From an uncultured Verrucomicrobiae bacterium (GTDB lineage Bacteria > Verrucomicrobiota > Verrucomicrobiia > Limisphaerales > JAFGQR01), in the NCBI GenBank assembly GCA_963788655.1, contig CAWBHS010000076.1:154729-218728 (forward strand): a DNA stretch of 64,000 nt, written 5' to 3'. Position 1 is the first letter of the stretch. Every line of letters begins with the position of its first letter. Below, in pieces: positions 12,041 to 25,294 of the stretch. The notes beneath the pieces are model-generated. The model was not told the origin of the DNA. It saw only the letters and a program-made list of their open reading frames with translations, and did no database searches. A program made the position numbers and the translations under genes.

Positions 12041-12207
12041 ACCTTCGCCGACCGGTGGTCTGGTGAACTCGAATCTCCTATAATCCATCTTTTCGCCCGG
12101 CGCGGCAAAAGAGGCACAAAATCTGGTTCGTATCCTGGATACAAGCGGTTCGCGAGGGCGGCTGCGCATACGGAAATGGAATTGAAACTGGATAAGAATT
12201 GCGAGCA

Positions 12208-14769
12208 ATGGACCGCGGCGTGTTGAAGCGGGCGAACGCCGGCGCCAAGACAACGCACCAGGAAGCACCGGCCCCTCGCCGTCTGCTGTTTGTCATCTTC
12301 GGCCTGTCGGGCGCGGCGGGGTTGATGTACGAAGTGTTGTGGGTCCGTCAGTTCACACTGGTTTTGGGCGCTTCTTCCTGCGCGGTCACCACCATTCTGG
12401 CGAGTTTCATGGCCGGGCTGGCTCTCGGTGCCTATTGGCTGGGACGCCATGCCGATGGCACCAACGAGGAAACACTCGCCCGTTGGTATGTGGGCCTGGA
12501 AGCTGGCATCGGCGGGTATGCGTTGCTCATCCCCGGCCTGCTGGCCGGAGCGAAAGGATTGTTGCTCCCGCTTTGTTTGCGCTTCGACCCGGGCCCAATG
12601 ACCTTCAACGTGGTTCGCATCGGACTGTCGTTCTGTCTGCTGCTCCTGCCGACCATGCTCATGGGCGGCACGCTGCCGGTCCTGGCCCGCTACGCCATCC
12701 GGACCCAACCAGCCATCGCACCGACCATTTCCAAGTTGTATGGAGTCAATACCCTGGGAGCCCTGGTGGGCGTGGCCGTCAGCGGGTATTTCCTGCTGCC
12801 TTGGCTGGGCACGCGCTGGACGAACGCTCTCGGTGCGGGCACGAACTTCCTGGTGGCCGCGCTCTTCTGGCGATGGCACCGGCAGGCGCGCGGCGATGGA
12901 GTCGAGCCGTTCCGCCGGTCCACGGCGTTGCCACCTCGTCCGTCGGGATTGCATCCGAAGCTCACACTGCTGCAAACCGGGGCGCTGCTGGTGTTCGGCC
13001 TGTCGGGCGCGGCAGCCATGATTTACCAGGTGGCCTGGACCCGCACGCTGTCGTTGATGCTCGGCACAACCACCTACGCCTTCACCACGATCGTGGCCAT
13101 GTATTTGTTGGGCATCGCGTCCGGCAGTTTGATCTATGGCCAACTGCGACGCCGGGCGGAACCGGTCGCACTGATAACCGTCCTGCAATTCACGGTGGCG
13201 TTCACTGGTTTGCTCACCCTGCCGCTCTTCGAGAAGCTGCCTTTTCTCCTTCTTTCCGCCCAGCGGTGGATCAACGACTGGAGCGAACTGCAATTGGTTC
13301 GTTCGGTCCTCGCGGGGCTGCTCCTGCTGTTGCCCACCCTGGCCATGGGCGCCATGCTGCCGGCGGTGGCCGAGTTGCTGGCGGACGGCGTGGATGTGCT
13401 GGGGCGGCGGTTGGGCCGGGCTTACGCTGTCAATACCTTCGGCGCGGTGGCCGGCACGGTCGGCGCGGGATTGGTGCTGATTCCCGCCGTCGGCCTGCAG
13501 GGCACCATTCTCCTGGCGGTACTGATCAATCTGCTGGCCGGATCGGGATTGAACCTGTTGCGCGCAGAAGGCAACGTTGGCAAACGGCTGGGGCAGGCGG
13601 CGGCAGCCATCGCCGTCGTGGTCGTGCTGATTCTGCGATTGCACCCGTGGAATCCGCAAATCCTGAGCAGTGGCGTCTATGCGTACGCTGACCGTTACCT
13701 GCAAGTGGTGGAACGCGCGGAGCAAGCGGCGCCGGCCAATCCGCAGGGAAGTGACCCCGACCCGTGGACGCTGTGGGGCCAGGCGATGCGGCAATATCAG
13801 GTATTGTTCCATCGCTCGGGCCCGGCGGCCACGGTTACCGTGATGCAAAACCCGGAAGGCATTCGCTTTCTCTCCGTGGATGGGAAAACCGACGCGAGCA
13901 CCAGCCTGGCGCACGATATGAAAACGCAGGTGATGCTGGCCCAGTTGCCGCTGTTGGTGCGGCCGCAAGCGCGTTCGGTATTCATGGTGGGGCTGGGCAG
14001 TGGGGTGACGGCCGGCTCAGCATTGTCGCATCCGCTGGACCAACTCCTGTGCGCGGAGTTTTCGCCGGCGGTGATTCAAGCGGCTGGTTTGTTCACCGAA
14101 GCCAATCGGGACGTCCTGAATGATCCGCGGTTGCGGCTGTTGCGCCGCGACGCCCGCAACGCCTTGCTCACCACGGCGGCGCTATTTGACGTAATCATCG
14201 CCCAACCCTCGAATCCCTGGATCAGTGGCCAATCCGCGTTGTTCTCCCGCGAATGGTATGAAACGGTGAAGGCTCACTTGAATCCGGGCGGGCTGTTTGC
14301 CCAATGGCTGCCGGCCTATGCGATTGATCCAGCCAGCTTGCGGGTGCTCATTCACACGCTGCGCACGGTCTTTCCCGGCATCACCGTCTGGACCAGTGGG
14401 GCGGCCGGTGACGTGATCTTCCTGGCGCCGGGGCGCGGGAGGCTGGAAATCGACATGGCGGCAGCGGCCCAATGTTTGCAATCGCCGGCGATCCGAGCCG
14501 ACCTGGCCCGGCTGGGATTCGCCCCGAAGGATTTTCCGGAGCAGTTCTTTCTGATGGGGCCGCCGGGGGTGCGGGATTATCTGGGGCACGGGCAACAACC
14601 CATTGCGCTCAACACGGATGACCGGCTGATCACCGAGTTTTCCAGTCCGCGCGCGATGTTTTATCAACGCACGGCCCCGCGGTTCGCGGAGGAGGACCAG
14701 TTGCGGCATCAGCGATTGGGAGATCTGGCGGCGTTGTTGGCGGGGAACGGCCGAAGCTCTGCCAACTGA
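12208..14769 (+). CDS. Multi-TM membrane protein fused to a spermidine-synthase-like SAM-binding domain
   Basis: Two repeats of FGLSGAAxxxYxVxWxR TM blocks; C-terminal LSVDGKTDAS, VGLGSGVT, FDVIIAQPSNPW, LNPGGLFAQW and NTDDR. Start uncertain (12199 or 12208). Confidence 0.88.
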   Translation: MDRGVLKRANAGAKTTHQEAPAPRRLLFVIFGLSGAAGLMYEVLWVRQFTLVLGASSCAVTTILASFMAGLALGAYWLGRHADGTNEETLARWYVGLEAGIGGYALLIPGLLAGAKGLLLPLCLRFDPGPMTFNVVRIGLSFCLLLLPTMLMGGTLPVLARYAIRTQPAIAPTISKLYGVNTLGALVGVAVSGYFLLPWLGTRWTNALGAGTNFLVAALFWRWHRQARGDGVEPFRRSTALPPRPSGLHPKLTLLQTGALLVFGLSGAAAMIYQVAWTRTLSLMLGTTTYAFTTIVAMYLLGIASGSLIYGQLRRRAEPVALITVLQFTVAFTGLLTLPLFEKLPFLLLSAQRWINDWSELQLVRSVLAGLLLLLPTLAMGAMLPAVAELLADGVDVLGRRLGRAYAVNTFGAVAGTVGAGLVLIPAVGLQGTILLAVLINLLAGSGLNLLRAEGNVGKRLGQAAAAIAVVVVLILRLHPWNPQILSSGVYAYADRYLQVVERAEQAAPANPQGSDPDPWTLWGQAMRQYQVLFHRSGPAATVTVMQNPEGIRFLSVDGKTDASTSLAHDMKTQVMLAQLPLLVRPQARSVFMVGLGSGVTAGSALSHPLDQLLCAEFSPAVIQAAGLFTEANRDVLNDPRLRLLRRDARNALLTTAALFDVIIAQPSNPWISGQSALFSREWYETVKAHLNPGGLFAQWLPAYAIDPASLRVLIHTLRTVFPGITVWTSGAAGDVIFLAPGRGRLEIDMAAAAQCLQSPAIRADLARLGFAPKDFPEQFFLMGPPGVRDYLGHGQQPIALNTDDRLITEFSSPRAMFYQRTAPRFAEEDQLRHQRLGDLAALLAGNGRSSAN

Positions 14770-14831
14770 CTGTCGGCGCCCAGGAGAGTTTTAAAGGTGC
14801 CCGAAAAGAACGGTAGGTCGTCAGTCGCGCC

Positions 14832-14970
14832 CGCGTTGGGAGTGCGTCCGGCTTGCCGGCGCCATGTGTGCAAGCTGACGTGGCAAAGCCAGCGAACGCA
14901 ACTGTTGACAACGAAACGTACACGTCATGCGAGAGCGGCGGAGGACCGCACGCATTTCAAAACCTGGCGG
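14832..14970. repeat. REPIN-like inverted pair, family A, copy 2
   Basis: cgcgttgggagtgcgtccggcttgccggcgcc ... gagagcggcggaggaccgcacgcatttcaaaacctggcgg, between two convergent genes. Confidence 0.65.
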
Positions 14971-15056
14971 GAATTCGAAAGGGCCTGCGTCGAACACCCC
15001 CGCACGGTTGTCACGCATCCGGCATCCGGGATCGCGCATCCGGCATCTCCAGTTCC

Positions 15057-17014
<1,958 letters not shown>

Positions 17015-17024
17015 CAGGCCGATT

Positions 17025-17435
17025 TCAATCTCCCGACGGCGGGAGGGAGCGCTGTTCCATCTGCGAACCCCAGTTCAAGTCCAGCACCGCCTCGACCGCC
17101 TGAACCAGCCGTTCGCGCGGAAACGGTTTTTGCAGGGCCAGACGCGCGCCCAGCGCCCGGGCCGGAATGAACCGGTTCTGGGGCGAAGGGCGCGCACTGA
17201 TCGCGATGAACGGCACGGTGCGGCCCATCTCCCGCGCCCGCCGCATGACTTCGATTCCGTCCGGGTCCGGCATGTAGATGTCCGTGATGACGAGTTCCAC
17301 CGGTTCTTGTTGCAGGATTTCCAACGCCCGCGTCCCGGAAGCCGCGGTAAAGACCGTGTGGCCTTCCTCGCGCAGAATTTGCGCGAGCAGGGCGAGCGTC
17401 GATTCCGAATCGTCCACGACCAAAATTCTTGCCAT
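17025..17435 (-). CDS. Single-domain response regulator
   Basis: MARILVVDDS...VITDIYMPDPDG...IAISA...LQKPF. This is the C-terminal part of ORF 17025-17987, which the cheW frameshift fuses to cheW. Confidence 0.88.
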   Translation of the reverse strand: MARILVVDDSESTLALLAQILREEGHTVFTAASGTRALEILQQEPVELVITDIYMPDPDGIEVMRRAREMGRTVPFIAISARPSPQNRFIPARALGARLALQKPFPRERLVQAVEAVLDLNWGSQMEQRSLPPSGD

Positions 17436-17469
17436 CGGATGGTACTGGGTTGCGGGTGGGCACGCCGAC

Positions 17470-17978
17470 TCAGGCGGCCACCGGCGTCGTTTCGGTGGTG
17501 GCGGCCGCCTCCTGCAGCGCCAGGTCCGCCGAGGTGAACACGCGGTTGATGTCGAGGATGATGATGAACTGGTCCCCTTGTTTGCCCATGCCCTGGATGA
17601 GCTCGGTCCGCCAGCGCATGGCAATGCGCGGGGGCTCGTTGATTTGGCGGGCTCCAGTTCGATTACGTCGTGGACGCTGTCCGCGAGTCCGCCGATGACG
17701 GTGGTTTCGCCGTCCAGCTCGAGTTCCATGACTACGATGCGGGTGCTCACGGTGTCCGCCGCGGCAGGCAGACCGAACTTCGACCGGAGGTCCACCACGG
17801 GGATGGCGTTGCCGCGCACGTTCACGACGCCGCGCATGTATTCCGGCGCCGTGGGCACCTTGGTGATCTGGGTCAGGTCCAGGACTTCACGCACCTGGCT
17901 GACGTTGATGGCAAACAGTTCATCGCCCAGCTTGAAGGTGATGTATTGGGCGGTTTGAGAAATGGTGGAAACGCTCAT
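17470..17978 (-). CDS. cheW: Chemotaxis coupling protein CheW (1-nt deletion near 17645)
   Basis: QYITFKLGDELFAINVSQVREVL...RGVVNVRGNAIPVVDLRSKFG. Continues in another frame as PPRIAMRWRTELIQGMGKQGDQFIIILDI to TGA at 17470. Confidence 0.9.
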
Positions 17979-18047
17979 GTGATTCAAATTGAATTGTGGT
18001 TGGAGAGGGCCGCCTCAACCGCGGGCCGGGGCGGCGCGGGCGGGACT

Positions 18048-20174
18048 TCAATAGCGCTCGAACAACTCGTCCTTGGCATCCGGGTGGGCCGGGCTTTCGG
18101 CCAATTCGAGGTTGATTCCTTGGTTCCGGTCGCCGTGACCATTGCCCGCGACCTTGGCCGGGGTGGAACCCTGTCCGGGCGCTTGCGGCTTGACGGTCGG
18201 CGCTTTGCCGTTGCCCTGGCCGTTGCTCCTGGGCGCGTGCGCCATGGCCGCCGGTTTGGCCGCGGCCAGGTGTTTGGTGATGTAGGAACCTTCGGCCACC
18301 TTGAAGAAGCTCATGGTCGCCTGCAATTGCTGCGCTTGCGTCGCCAATTCCTCGGAGGTGGAGGCCATTTCCTCGGACGCCGACGCGTTTTGTTGGATGA
18401 CCTGATCCAACTCCTGGAGTGCCTTGTTGATCTGGCCCACCCCGCTGCTTTGTTCGCCGCTGGCCGCATTGATCTCGCGCACCAATTCGGCAGTCTTGCG
18501 GATGTCCGGCACCAGCTTGGTCAACATGTCGCCGGCGCCTTCGGCGGTCGAGACGCCGTTCTTGGACAACTGGCTGATTTCGGCGGCGGCCGTGGCGCTG
18601 CGTTCGGCCAGTTTGCGCACTTCGCTGGCCACCACGGCAAAGCCTTTGCCGTGTTCGCCAGCGCGCGCGGCTTCGACGGCGGCGTTGAGCGCGAGCAAAT
18701 CCGTCTTCCGGGCAATCTCCTCGATGATGTTGATCTTCTCGGCGATTTCCTTCATCGATGCCACCGTCTTGATGACCGCGTCACCACTGGCTTGGGCGTC
18801 TTCGGCGGCTTTGCCGGCAATCTTGTCGGTCTGCTTGGCGTTGTCGGCGTTTTGTTGGATGCTCGAAGTCATTTGCTCCATCGAACTGGTGCTCTCTTCG
18901 GCGGCGGCGCTTTGTTCCGTGGCGCCCTGCGAAAGCTGCTGGGCCGTGGCGCTCATTTCCTCGGAACCGGAGGCGACGTTGTCCGAGGCGGTGGACACAT
19001 CCCGCACGACCTTGCGCAGGTTCTCCACCATGCCGTTGAGCGCGGCGAGCGTTTGCCCGATTTCGTCCTGGTTCTTCAACTCCGCCGTGCGGGTCAGGTC
19101 GCCCTCGGCCACGGCCTTGGCCAACTGCGAGGCTTGATGCAGCGACTTGATGATGTAGCTCAACAACCAGAATGCGGTGAGAATGCCCACCAGCACCGCG
19201 GCCACGAGCACGCCGAGGAGGAGGTTGCGCGCCGAGCTGTACAACTGGTCGGAGTTGACCTTGGCCACATCCATCTCCTGGTTGTTTTTATCGACAATGG
19301 CGTTGAGCGCTGTTTCGCAGGCATCCGCGAGTTGGCGGCCCTGATTGAGCGAAAGTTTGACGGCTTCCGAGTTGCCATTTTCGAGCGTGGCCTGGCAAAC
19401 CTTGGCTTGCACGTCGAGGAAGTTGGACCACAGCTTGCGGAATTGGACCAGCTGGGTTTGTTCGTTCGGCGTGGCGGCTTTGTCCAGCTCGACCAGGTGC
19501 GCGGTCAATTGGGCCTTGCGATCTTCGATCACCTTGGTCTGCTTCTCCATCACCGTTTTGTCGGTTTCCAGGATCATGTTCTTTTCCGCCCGATGAATGG
19601 CCAACAAGTCCTGGCCGGCGCGCGCGGCGCTCACGGCAGCCAACGCGGCGTCGGGGGGATCCTTGGCCCGCTTGAGGAACTCGGCTTCGATTTCAGAGAG
19701 CGCGGCCACTGCGGCGTCCATGGCCTGGCGGCCTTCAGTCTTCGAGAGGGTGCGGGCCCGCACGTTCGAGTTGAGCCGCGCGCACCGCGGCACCTTCTCG
19801 TTGGTGTCGGTGAACTGCCGCCATTGGTCGGCGAAGTCCTTGAGCTTGGCCTGCCCCTCGGCGTCGGTCAGCCGTTCCAGCTTTTGCCGGCTCTCGTCCA
19901 ACGCGTTCAGGTATTTGTCAATTTGCGCCGCGTAGGTGTCCATGGCTTCGGTGGTGTCCACCAGAATCATGTTCTTCTCCGCCCGATGCACCCGCAGGAG
20001 GTTTTGCTCGAGTTCGTCGGCCAACTGCACTTTGGCGGCGTTGGAATCGACGATGTTGTTGAGTTGATCGTTCAGGGTTCCCAGCTTTTTAATGCCGAGG
20101 ATTGCCGAGACAGCCAGCATGGCCAGCACGACGGTGAAGCCGAGGATCATTTTGGCTTTGATGGTGAGTTTCAT
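18048..20174 (-). CDS. Methyl-accepting chemotaxis protein with duplicated 4HB sensor, HAMP and short (34H-like) signalling domain
   Basis: Two [10 protein letters not shown] repeats, HAMP (AVAEGDLT...[13 protein letters not shown]), tip [29 protein letters not shown]; ends in LFERY. Confidence 0.94.
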   Translation of the reverse strand: MKLTIKAKMILGFTVVLAMLAVSAILGIKKLGTLNDQLNNIVDSNAAKVQLADELEQNLLRVHRAEKNMILVDTTEAMDTYAAQIDKYLNALDESRQKLERLTDAEGQAKLKDFADQWRQFTDTNEKVPRCARLNSNVRARTLSKTEGRQAMDAAVAALSEIEAEFLKRAKDPPDAALAAVSAARAGQDLLAIHRAEKNMILETDKTVMEKQTKVIEDRKAQLTAHLVELDKAATPNEQTQLVQFRKLWSNFLDVQAKVCQATLENGNSEAVKLSLNQGRQLADACETALNAIVDKNNQEMDVAKVNSDQLYSSARNLLLGVLVAAVLVGILTAFWLLSYIIKSLHQASQLAKAVAEGDLTRTAELKNQDEIGQTLAALNGMVENLRKVVRDVSTASDNVASGSEEMSATAQQLSQGATEQSAAAEESTSSMEQMTSSIQQNADNAKQTDKIAGKAAEDAQASGDAVIKTVASMKEIAEKINIIEEIARKTDLLALNAAVEAARAGEHGKGFAVVASEVRKLAERSATAAAEISQLSKNGVSTAEGAGDMLTKLVPDIRKTAELVREINAASGEQSSGVGQINKALQELDQVIQQNASASEEMASTSEELATQAQQLQATMSFFKVAEGSYITKHLAAAKPAAMAHAPRSNGQGNGKAPTVKPQAPGQGSTPAKVAGNGHGDRNQGINLELAESPAHPDAKDELFERY

Positions 20175-20209
20175 GTCAGAGGTAGTGTTGGTGTTGTTGA
20201 TTTTGTTGT

Positions 20210-22322
20210 TCAGTTAAAGCAGGTGGCTGGAAAAACCGTCCGGATAGTTTTCTCCGCGTGGCGGAGCAGGCCGGCAACATCGAGAATGAGGGCCACGCGA
20301 CCATCGCCCATGATGGTCGAGCCGGAGAACAGCCCGAGGTCCCGATAGAAACGGCCGAGCGATTGAATGACCGTTTGGTGGCTGCCCAATACGCGATCGA
20401 CCACCAAGCCGACGCGGCCCTCGCCCTGACGGGCGATGACGATCTTCTCGAGGTCGGGCTCGGCGCCGCCCACCGCAAACGTGTCGCGCAAACGGAGGTA
20501 CGACCAGTTCCCCGCGCACCGGAATGGCGTTGCGGCCGTTATGACGGCTGCGTTCGGCGCGGGGCAGTTCGACGTTCTCCGCCACGTCGGACATGGGCAC
20601 AATGAATTGGTCGTGGCCGATTTCCACCAGCAGACCCTCGATGATCGCCAGGGTGAGTGGCAGCGTCAGCGTCAACGTCGTGCCGCGGCCAATTTCGCTC
20701 GCAATCCTGACCTGGCCGCGCAAGGCGTCGAACTGGCGCTTCACCACGTCCATTCCGACCCCGCGGCCGGAGACGCTGGTCACTTGTTGGGCCGTCGAGA
20801 AGCCGGGCCGGAAGATCAGGTCGTAAAGCTCACGTTCGGTCAGCGTCGTCGGGCGCAATGAGCCGTTGCCGACCGCTTGGCGCGCACCGCGCGGATCGAT
20901 GCCCCGTCCATCGTCGCGAATGGTGATGACAACGTTGGACCCGACGTGTGTCGCGCTGAGCGCGATGGTGCCGCAGCGCGGTTTGCCGCGACGCAGGCGT
21001 TCGGCGGGCAGTTCGATGCCGTGGTCCAGGCTGTTGCGGATCAGATGCGCCAGCGGATCGCCCAGTTGATCGAGCACCGTCTTGTCCAACTCGGTTTCCG
21101 CGCCTTCGGTCACCAGATCAATTTCCTTGCCCAATTCCTGGGAGAGGTCGTGGACGAGGCGTTTGAACCGGCTGAAGGTGGTGCCAATGGGCATCATCCG
21201 GATGCCGAGCACGTTGTCGCGCAACTCGGCCACGAGGCGTTCCAGTTCCTCGACCGGCGCGGCCAGGTTCGGCACGCTGGCCCGGGCCGCCACTTGCGTG
21301 AGCCGGGATTGGTTCATGACCAGTTCGCCCACCAACCGCACGAGCCGATCCAGGCGCTCGGAGGGGACCCGCACGGTGGATGCTTTGGCCGCGGCGCCCG
21401 CCCGCGTGCCCGAGGAACCGCCGCCCCGTTGTTGCGGCAGAGGGCTTGGAGCGGTGGGTGGAAGTCGGCAACTCACGCCGGCAGGTTCCGCCGAACTCGG
21501 GTCAGCGTGTCCGGGGGGCGGTGCGGCCGGCGGTTCCGTGGGCGAACCTGCTTGGTTTTCCAATTCCACGGCCACGCTCGGCGCTTCGGCAGCGGCCAAG
21601 GCAATGGTCAACTCACTGCCGTCCTCGACGAACACGAACACGTCTTAATGGCGTCGGGCCCGGCCGCCGGCCAGGGTGATTGCCCATGCCAGGTAACAAC
21701 AATCGGGTGAAGCGCGGCCAGCGTGGGAATGGCTTCCAGGTTCGCGGCGACCCGGCATTCGCCCAGCGCGCGCAGCTCGTTGAGCAGGGCGAGGGGATCG
21801 GTGCCGGAAGCCAGGAAGCCGGGACGGGCGGAACCCAGTTCGATACGTCGGCAACGGGCCATCGTTCGCCGTCGCTTCGGCGGCCATTGCCGCGGCCGGC
21901 TCTGCCGGGGAGTAAGGGATTTCCGTGGCCGCCGTGGTGGTCGCCGGCAAGAGTGCTTTCAACGCCGTGACGATAGTCTCCCCGTTGGCCGTGGGCCGTT
22001 CCCGGCCGGCCGGCGTCGCGTCGAGCAAAGCCTTGAGGTGGTCTTTGGCGCGGAGCAAGAGATTGATCAACTCCTCGGAAAGGGACAGGGCGCCGTTGCG
22101 GACCTGATCCATGACCGTTTCCACGTGATGGGTAAACGCGGCCACGGCGTCGAAGCCGAACATGGCGCCGCTGCCTTTGATGGTGTGAAAGGCGCGGAAG
22201 AGCTGGTTGATCGCTTCGCCGGATTCCTGCGCGGGATCGAATTCGAGCGCGATTTCCTCGATGCGGGTCAACAGCTCGTCCGCTTCGTCCAGAAACGTTT
22301 GGGTGGGTTGACGCGGGTTCAC
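20210..22322 (-). CDS. cheA: Chemotaxis histidine kinase CheA, several frameshifts
   Basis: HPt ([12 protein letters not shown]), dimerisation ([19 protein letters not shown]), HATPase ([28 protein letters not shown]) and CheW domain ([11 protein letters not shown]), split over ORFs 21645-22382, 21608-21862, 20214-21641 and 20210-20602. Confidence 0.93.
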
Positions 22323-22684
22323 GGCAAAAGCTTTTTCACGACCAGCACCAGTTGTTCGCTGCGGAAGGGTTTCACGATCCAACCACTGGCGCCCGCAGCG
22401 CGGCCTTCCTGCTTCTTGGCGTCCTGGGATTCGGTGGTCAGCATGAGAATGGGCAGGTATTTGAATGGCGGCAACGCCCGGACTTGCCGGATGAGCTCGA
22501 GCCCGTCCATGTTGGGCATGTTCAAGTCGGTGATCAGCATCTGCGGATTGCTGGCGGCGATTTGGGTCAGCGCTTCGCGGCCGTCGGCCGCTTCCACGAC
22601 GCCGTAGCCGGCGTTGCGCAGGGTGAAGCTGATCATCTCGCGCATGCTCGCAGAGTCGTCGGCAGTGAGAATGGTTTTGGTCAC
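22319..22684 (-). CDS. cheY: Chemotaxis response regulator CheY
   Basis: VTKTILTADDSASMR...ITDLNMPNMDG...MLTTES...GWIVKPF, directly upstream of cheA. Confidence 0.93.
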   Translation of the reverse strand: MTKTILTADDSASMREMISFTLRNAGYGVVEAADGREALTQIAASNPQMLITDLNMPNMDGLELIRQVRALPPFKYLPILMLTTESQDAKKQEGRAAGASGWIVKPFRSEQLVLVVKKLLP

Positions 22685-22688
22685 GGTA

Positions 22689-22997
22689 TCAAACGATGGG
22701 CGACAGCCAGGCTGCCGGAGCCACGCCGAGTTGGCGGGCGCATTCCTCGACGGCGGGCGCCGTCGCGCGAATGGCGAACGGTTTGCCGGTGCGAAGGGCG
22801 CTCTGGCGCGTGGCGAGCAGCAATTGCAGGCCGGCGGCGTCGCAGGCATCAAGGCCCGCCAAATCCAGCACCAGCGGACGCCCATGGGCAAGCCGGTCCA
22901 GCAAGGCCTCCCGCGCGGCTTCGGCCCGGTAAATGTCCAGGGTGCCCACCAGGCGGATGGCTTCGGTGTCCGGGGAATCGAGGATTTCGAGTTTCAT
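22689..22997 (-). CDS. STAS domain protein
   Basis: IRLVGTLDIY...LVLDLAGLDACDAAGLQLL, in the typical position upstream of cheY-cheA. Confidence 0.88.
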   Translation of the reverse strand: MKLEILDSPDTEAIRLVGTLDIYRAEAAREALLDRLAHGRPLVLDLAGLDACDAAGLQLLLATRQSALRTGKPFAIRATAPAVEECARQLGVAPAAWLSPIV

Positions 22998-23004
22998 TGC
23001 GGAG

Positions 23005-25000
23005 TCAAAAGAGTTCCACGTTGTCGCCCCAAGCATCGTCCGGGGCTTTCAGGCGCGCGGTCGCAGCGGGCGAGGGGGCCTCATCAACGGGGACAGGCCC
23101 GGCAACGGCAGCGGCAGGGTTGGGCGGTGGGACAGCGGCAACGCATGCCGGCGGTTCCGCGGACGGAAGGTCCGGCATGGGGATGGCGGCGTTTACGGTG
23201 GCTTGTCGAGCGCGTTCGTGAATCTCGCGCTCGCTCTGCATCGTGTAACGGTGGGTGGGCGTCGCGGCTGACTGATCGGAGCCAACTGGATTTACGCGCA
23301 TCCGCGGAGCCAGCATTTGGCGGAACGCAGTCAATTCCTGGATTTGGCCTTCAATCGCCGCGCCGTGTTGCCCGAGGAAAGCCAGCAACGCCTGGCTCCG
23401 TCCCAGCGCGGTTTGTTGTTCGTCCACCAGCGCGCCGGCGGACGCGGACGTTTCGCGACAGGCCTGATACGCGGAATCGATCCGCGGCATCCCCGCCTGC
23501 AACCGCGCGCCCGAGGCCGATTCGGCAACATCAGCTTGCTGACTGACGGCGCCGGCTTGCCGGAGGATCGACTCGAGGATGGCAACGACCTCATTCACGA
23601 CTTCGTTGGATTGGCGGTAGAGGCCGTCGAGTTGCATGGACAGGACGGACAAGGTCGCGCCCTGACTGTCCAGCGTCGCGGTCTTCACGATGGCATTCAA
23701 CGCCCGCAGATGAATGTCGGCATTGATGGCCTTGACTTCGTCCACATGGGCGCCCAATTGCGTGGCGGCTTCGACGGCCGTGTGAGCGATGTGCCGCGCC
23801 TGGCGCCGCAATTCCTGGCCTTGATCGTGCAGGGTTTCGAGTTGGCGCAGGTCGGTCCGAAACGACTCCAACGGATCGGGGCCGGCCGCGCGACCGGCCA
23901 GCGATGGTTGCCAGGGCTGAAGGGTTTCCTTCAATTGCAGGGTTTCCTGGGCGAAGCGGTGAAAGGATTCGCCGAGTTGACGTTGCGCCGTGCCAACTTC
24001 GGTGCGGATCGCTTCCAATTGGCTGATCTGGATGCGCAGCAGTTCATCCACCGCTCGGGCCTGCCGGCCCGTGTCGCGCTGGGCGGCCGCGGTGGCGAGC
24101 AAGTCCGCGGCGTCGTTCAACGCGGCGGCGATGTGTTCGGTTTTTTGCCGCACGATGTCACCGAACTGGAGGTAATAAACGGCTTCGTTGGCTTGCCGGC
24201 TGATTTGGCGGGTGCGGCCTTCGGCTTGTTCGAGCGCCGCCACCGCGGCATCCAACAACGCCTGGGCTTCGGCGGCAGTTACGCTGGCAGTGGTTTCCAC
24301 CTGCTGAACCAACCGGCACAGCCGGGCGTGGTTTTCCGACAAGGCGCGCCATTCGCGTTCCTGGGCGTGCTCGGTGGCGGTAACGTGGGTGCCGAGTTCC
24401 TGGGAAACGTGGGCAATCTGGTCGCCCACCCCTCGCAACTCCTCAACGAAGGAACCGAAGCTGAGCTGGCCCGCGGCCGTCCGCGCGCTTTCGATCGCGA
24501 AGCCCAAACCGAAGGCGCGAAAAAACACCCCGATCCGCTGGATGCTCGCCAGCGGACTGTGCAAGCGGTGCAGTTCGGCGGCCATCGTGTGCAGCGTGTT
24601 GAGTTCTTCCGAGGCCTCTGCCAACGCGCTTTGCACGTCGCGCAAGAACTGCGGAGTCATCCCCTCGGCGCCGCTGAGGCGGCTGTCCGTCAGCGCGTCG
24701 CGTACAGGCGCCCACGCGTTGGTTGGCCAATTCGGTTAACGTCTGGGCGCTGGTGTAAAGATGGCGCAGAGCGCGGGCCAGTTCGACAAATTGCCCATCC
24801 GCTTGGGCGGAATCCGCGGTGAAGCCGTGGTTGAACGCGCGCAAGCGGGCGGCGAGTTGCTGGTTGGCGGCGTGGCAGCGCGGCGCGCTCAGATAGGCCA
24901 GGAGCGCCTGGGCATGCCCGCGGCTCCCTCGCCACATGGCCGGCACCGCCGCAGCCAGCTTGGACTTGAGGGGGCTTGTCAAATGTCCCATTGCCATCAT
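23005..25000 (-). CDS. Soluble atypical MCP-like coiled-coil protein (frameshift near 24700)
   Basis: ORFs 24443-25000 and 23005-24660. Two degenerate MCP hairpin tips (GFAIESART..SFGSFVEELR and LNAIVKTATL..GATLSVLS), LQFGDIVRQKTEH, RYTMQSEREIH; ends in GDNVELF. Confidence 0.8.
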
Positions 25001-25172
25001 TGTGTTTATCCGAACAACTCAATCGCGCCGGCCAGCGCCCGTCAGTGGGAGTCCCATCACCAGTTCGGTCATTTGCCCGGCGGCCGCACGTCGCGCCGGG
25101 CAGATCCGATCTGGTGTTCCGCTGGACCACGGCTTCTCGCAACCGGCATCCATACCCGCCGCTTACTAAGGT

Positions 25173-25199
25173 TCATCGGCACCGTCGCGCGTCCGTGGA
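25173..25199 (-). promoter_or_regulatory. Putative sigma28 (FliA) promoter of the che operon
   Basis: Minus strand reads TCCA-N15-GCCGATGA, compared with the consensus TAAA-N15-GCCGATAA, about 170 nt upstream of the first che gene. Confidence 0.55.
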
Positions 25200-25294
25200 C
25201 CCAGGGAAAACCTGAAGGGCGGAAGACGAAATTCCTGAACGCCTGACGGGAGGGGGTGACTTCCGGTTCCGCGGGAAACGAACGTCGCGATTCG

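Noticed and set aside
11983..13968. Long minus-strand ORFs (661 aa here; also 33592-35208 and 42199-43980)
   Set aside because: Antisense to well-supported plus-strand genes.
17025..17987. Apparent CheW-receiver (CheV-like) fusion
   Set aside because: Artefact of a 1-nt deletion in cheW; the normal CheW C-terminus and stop are present in another frame.
17670..20348. Long plus-strand ORFs (892 aa here; also 2518-4029, 23317-24822, 37497-39449 and others)
   Set aside because: Antisense shadows of well-supported minus-strand genes in GC-rich DNA; no recognisable motifs.
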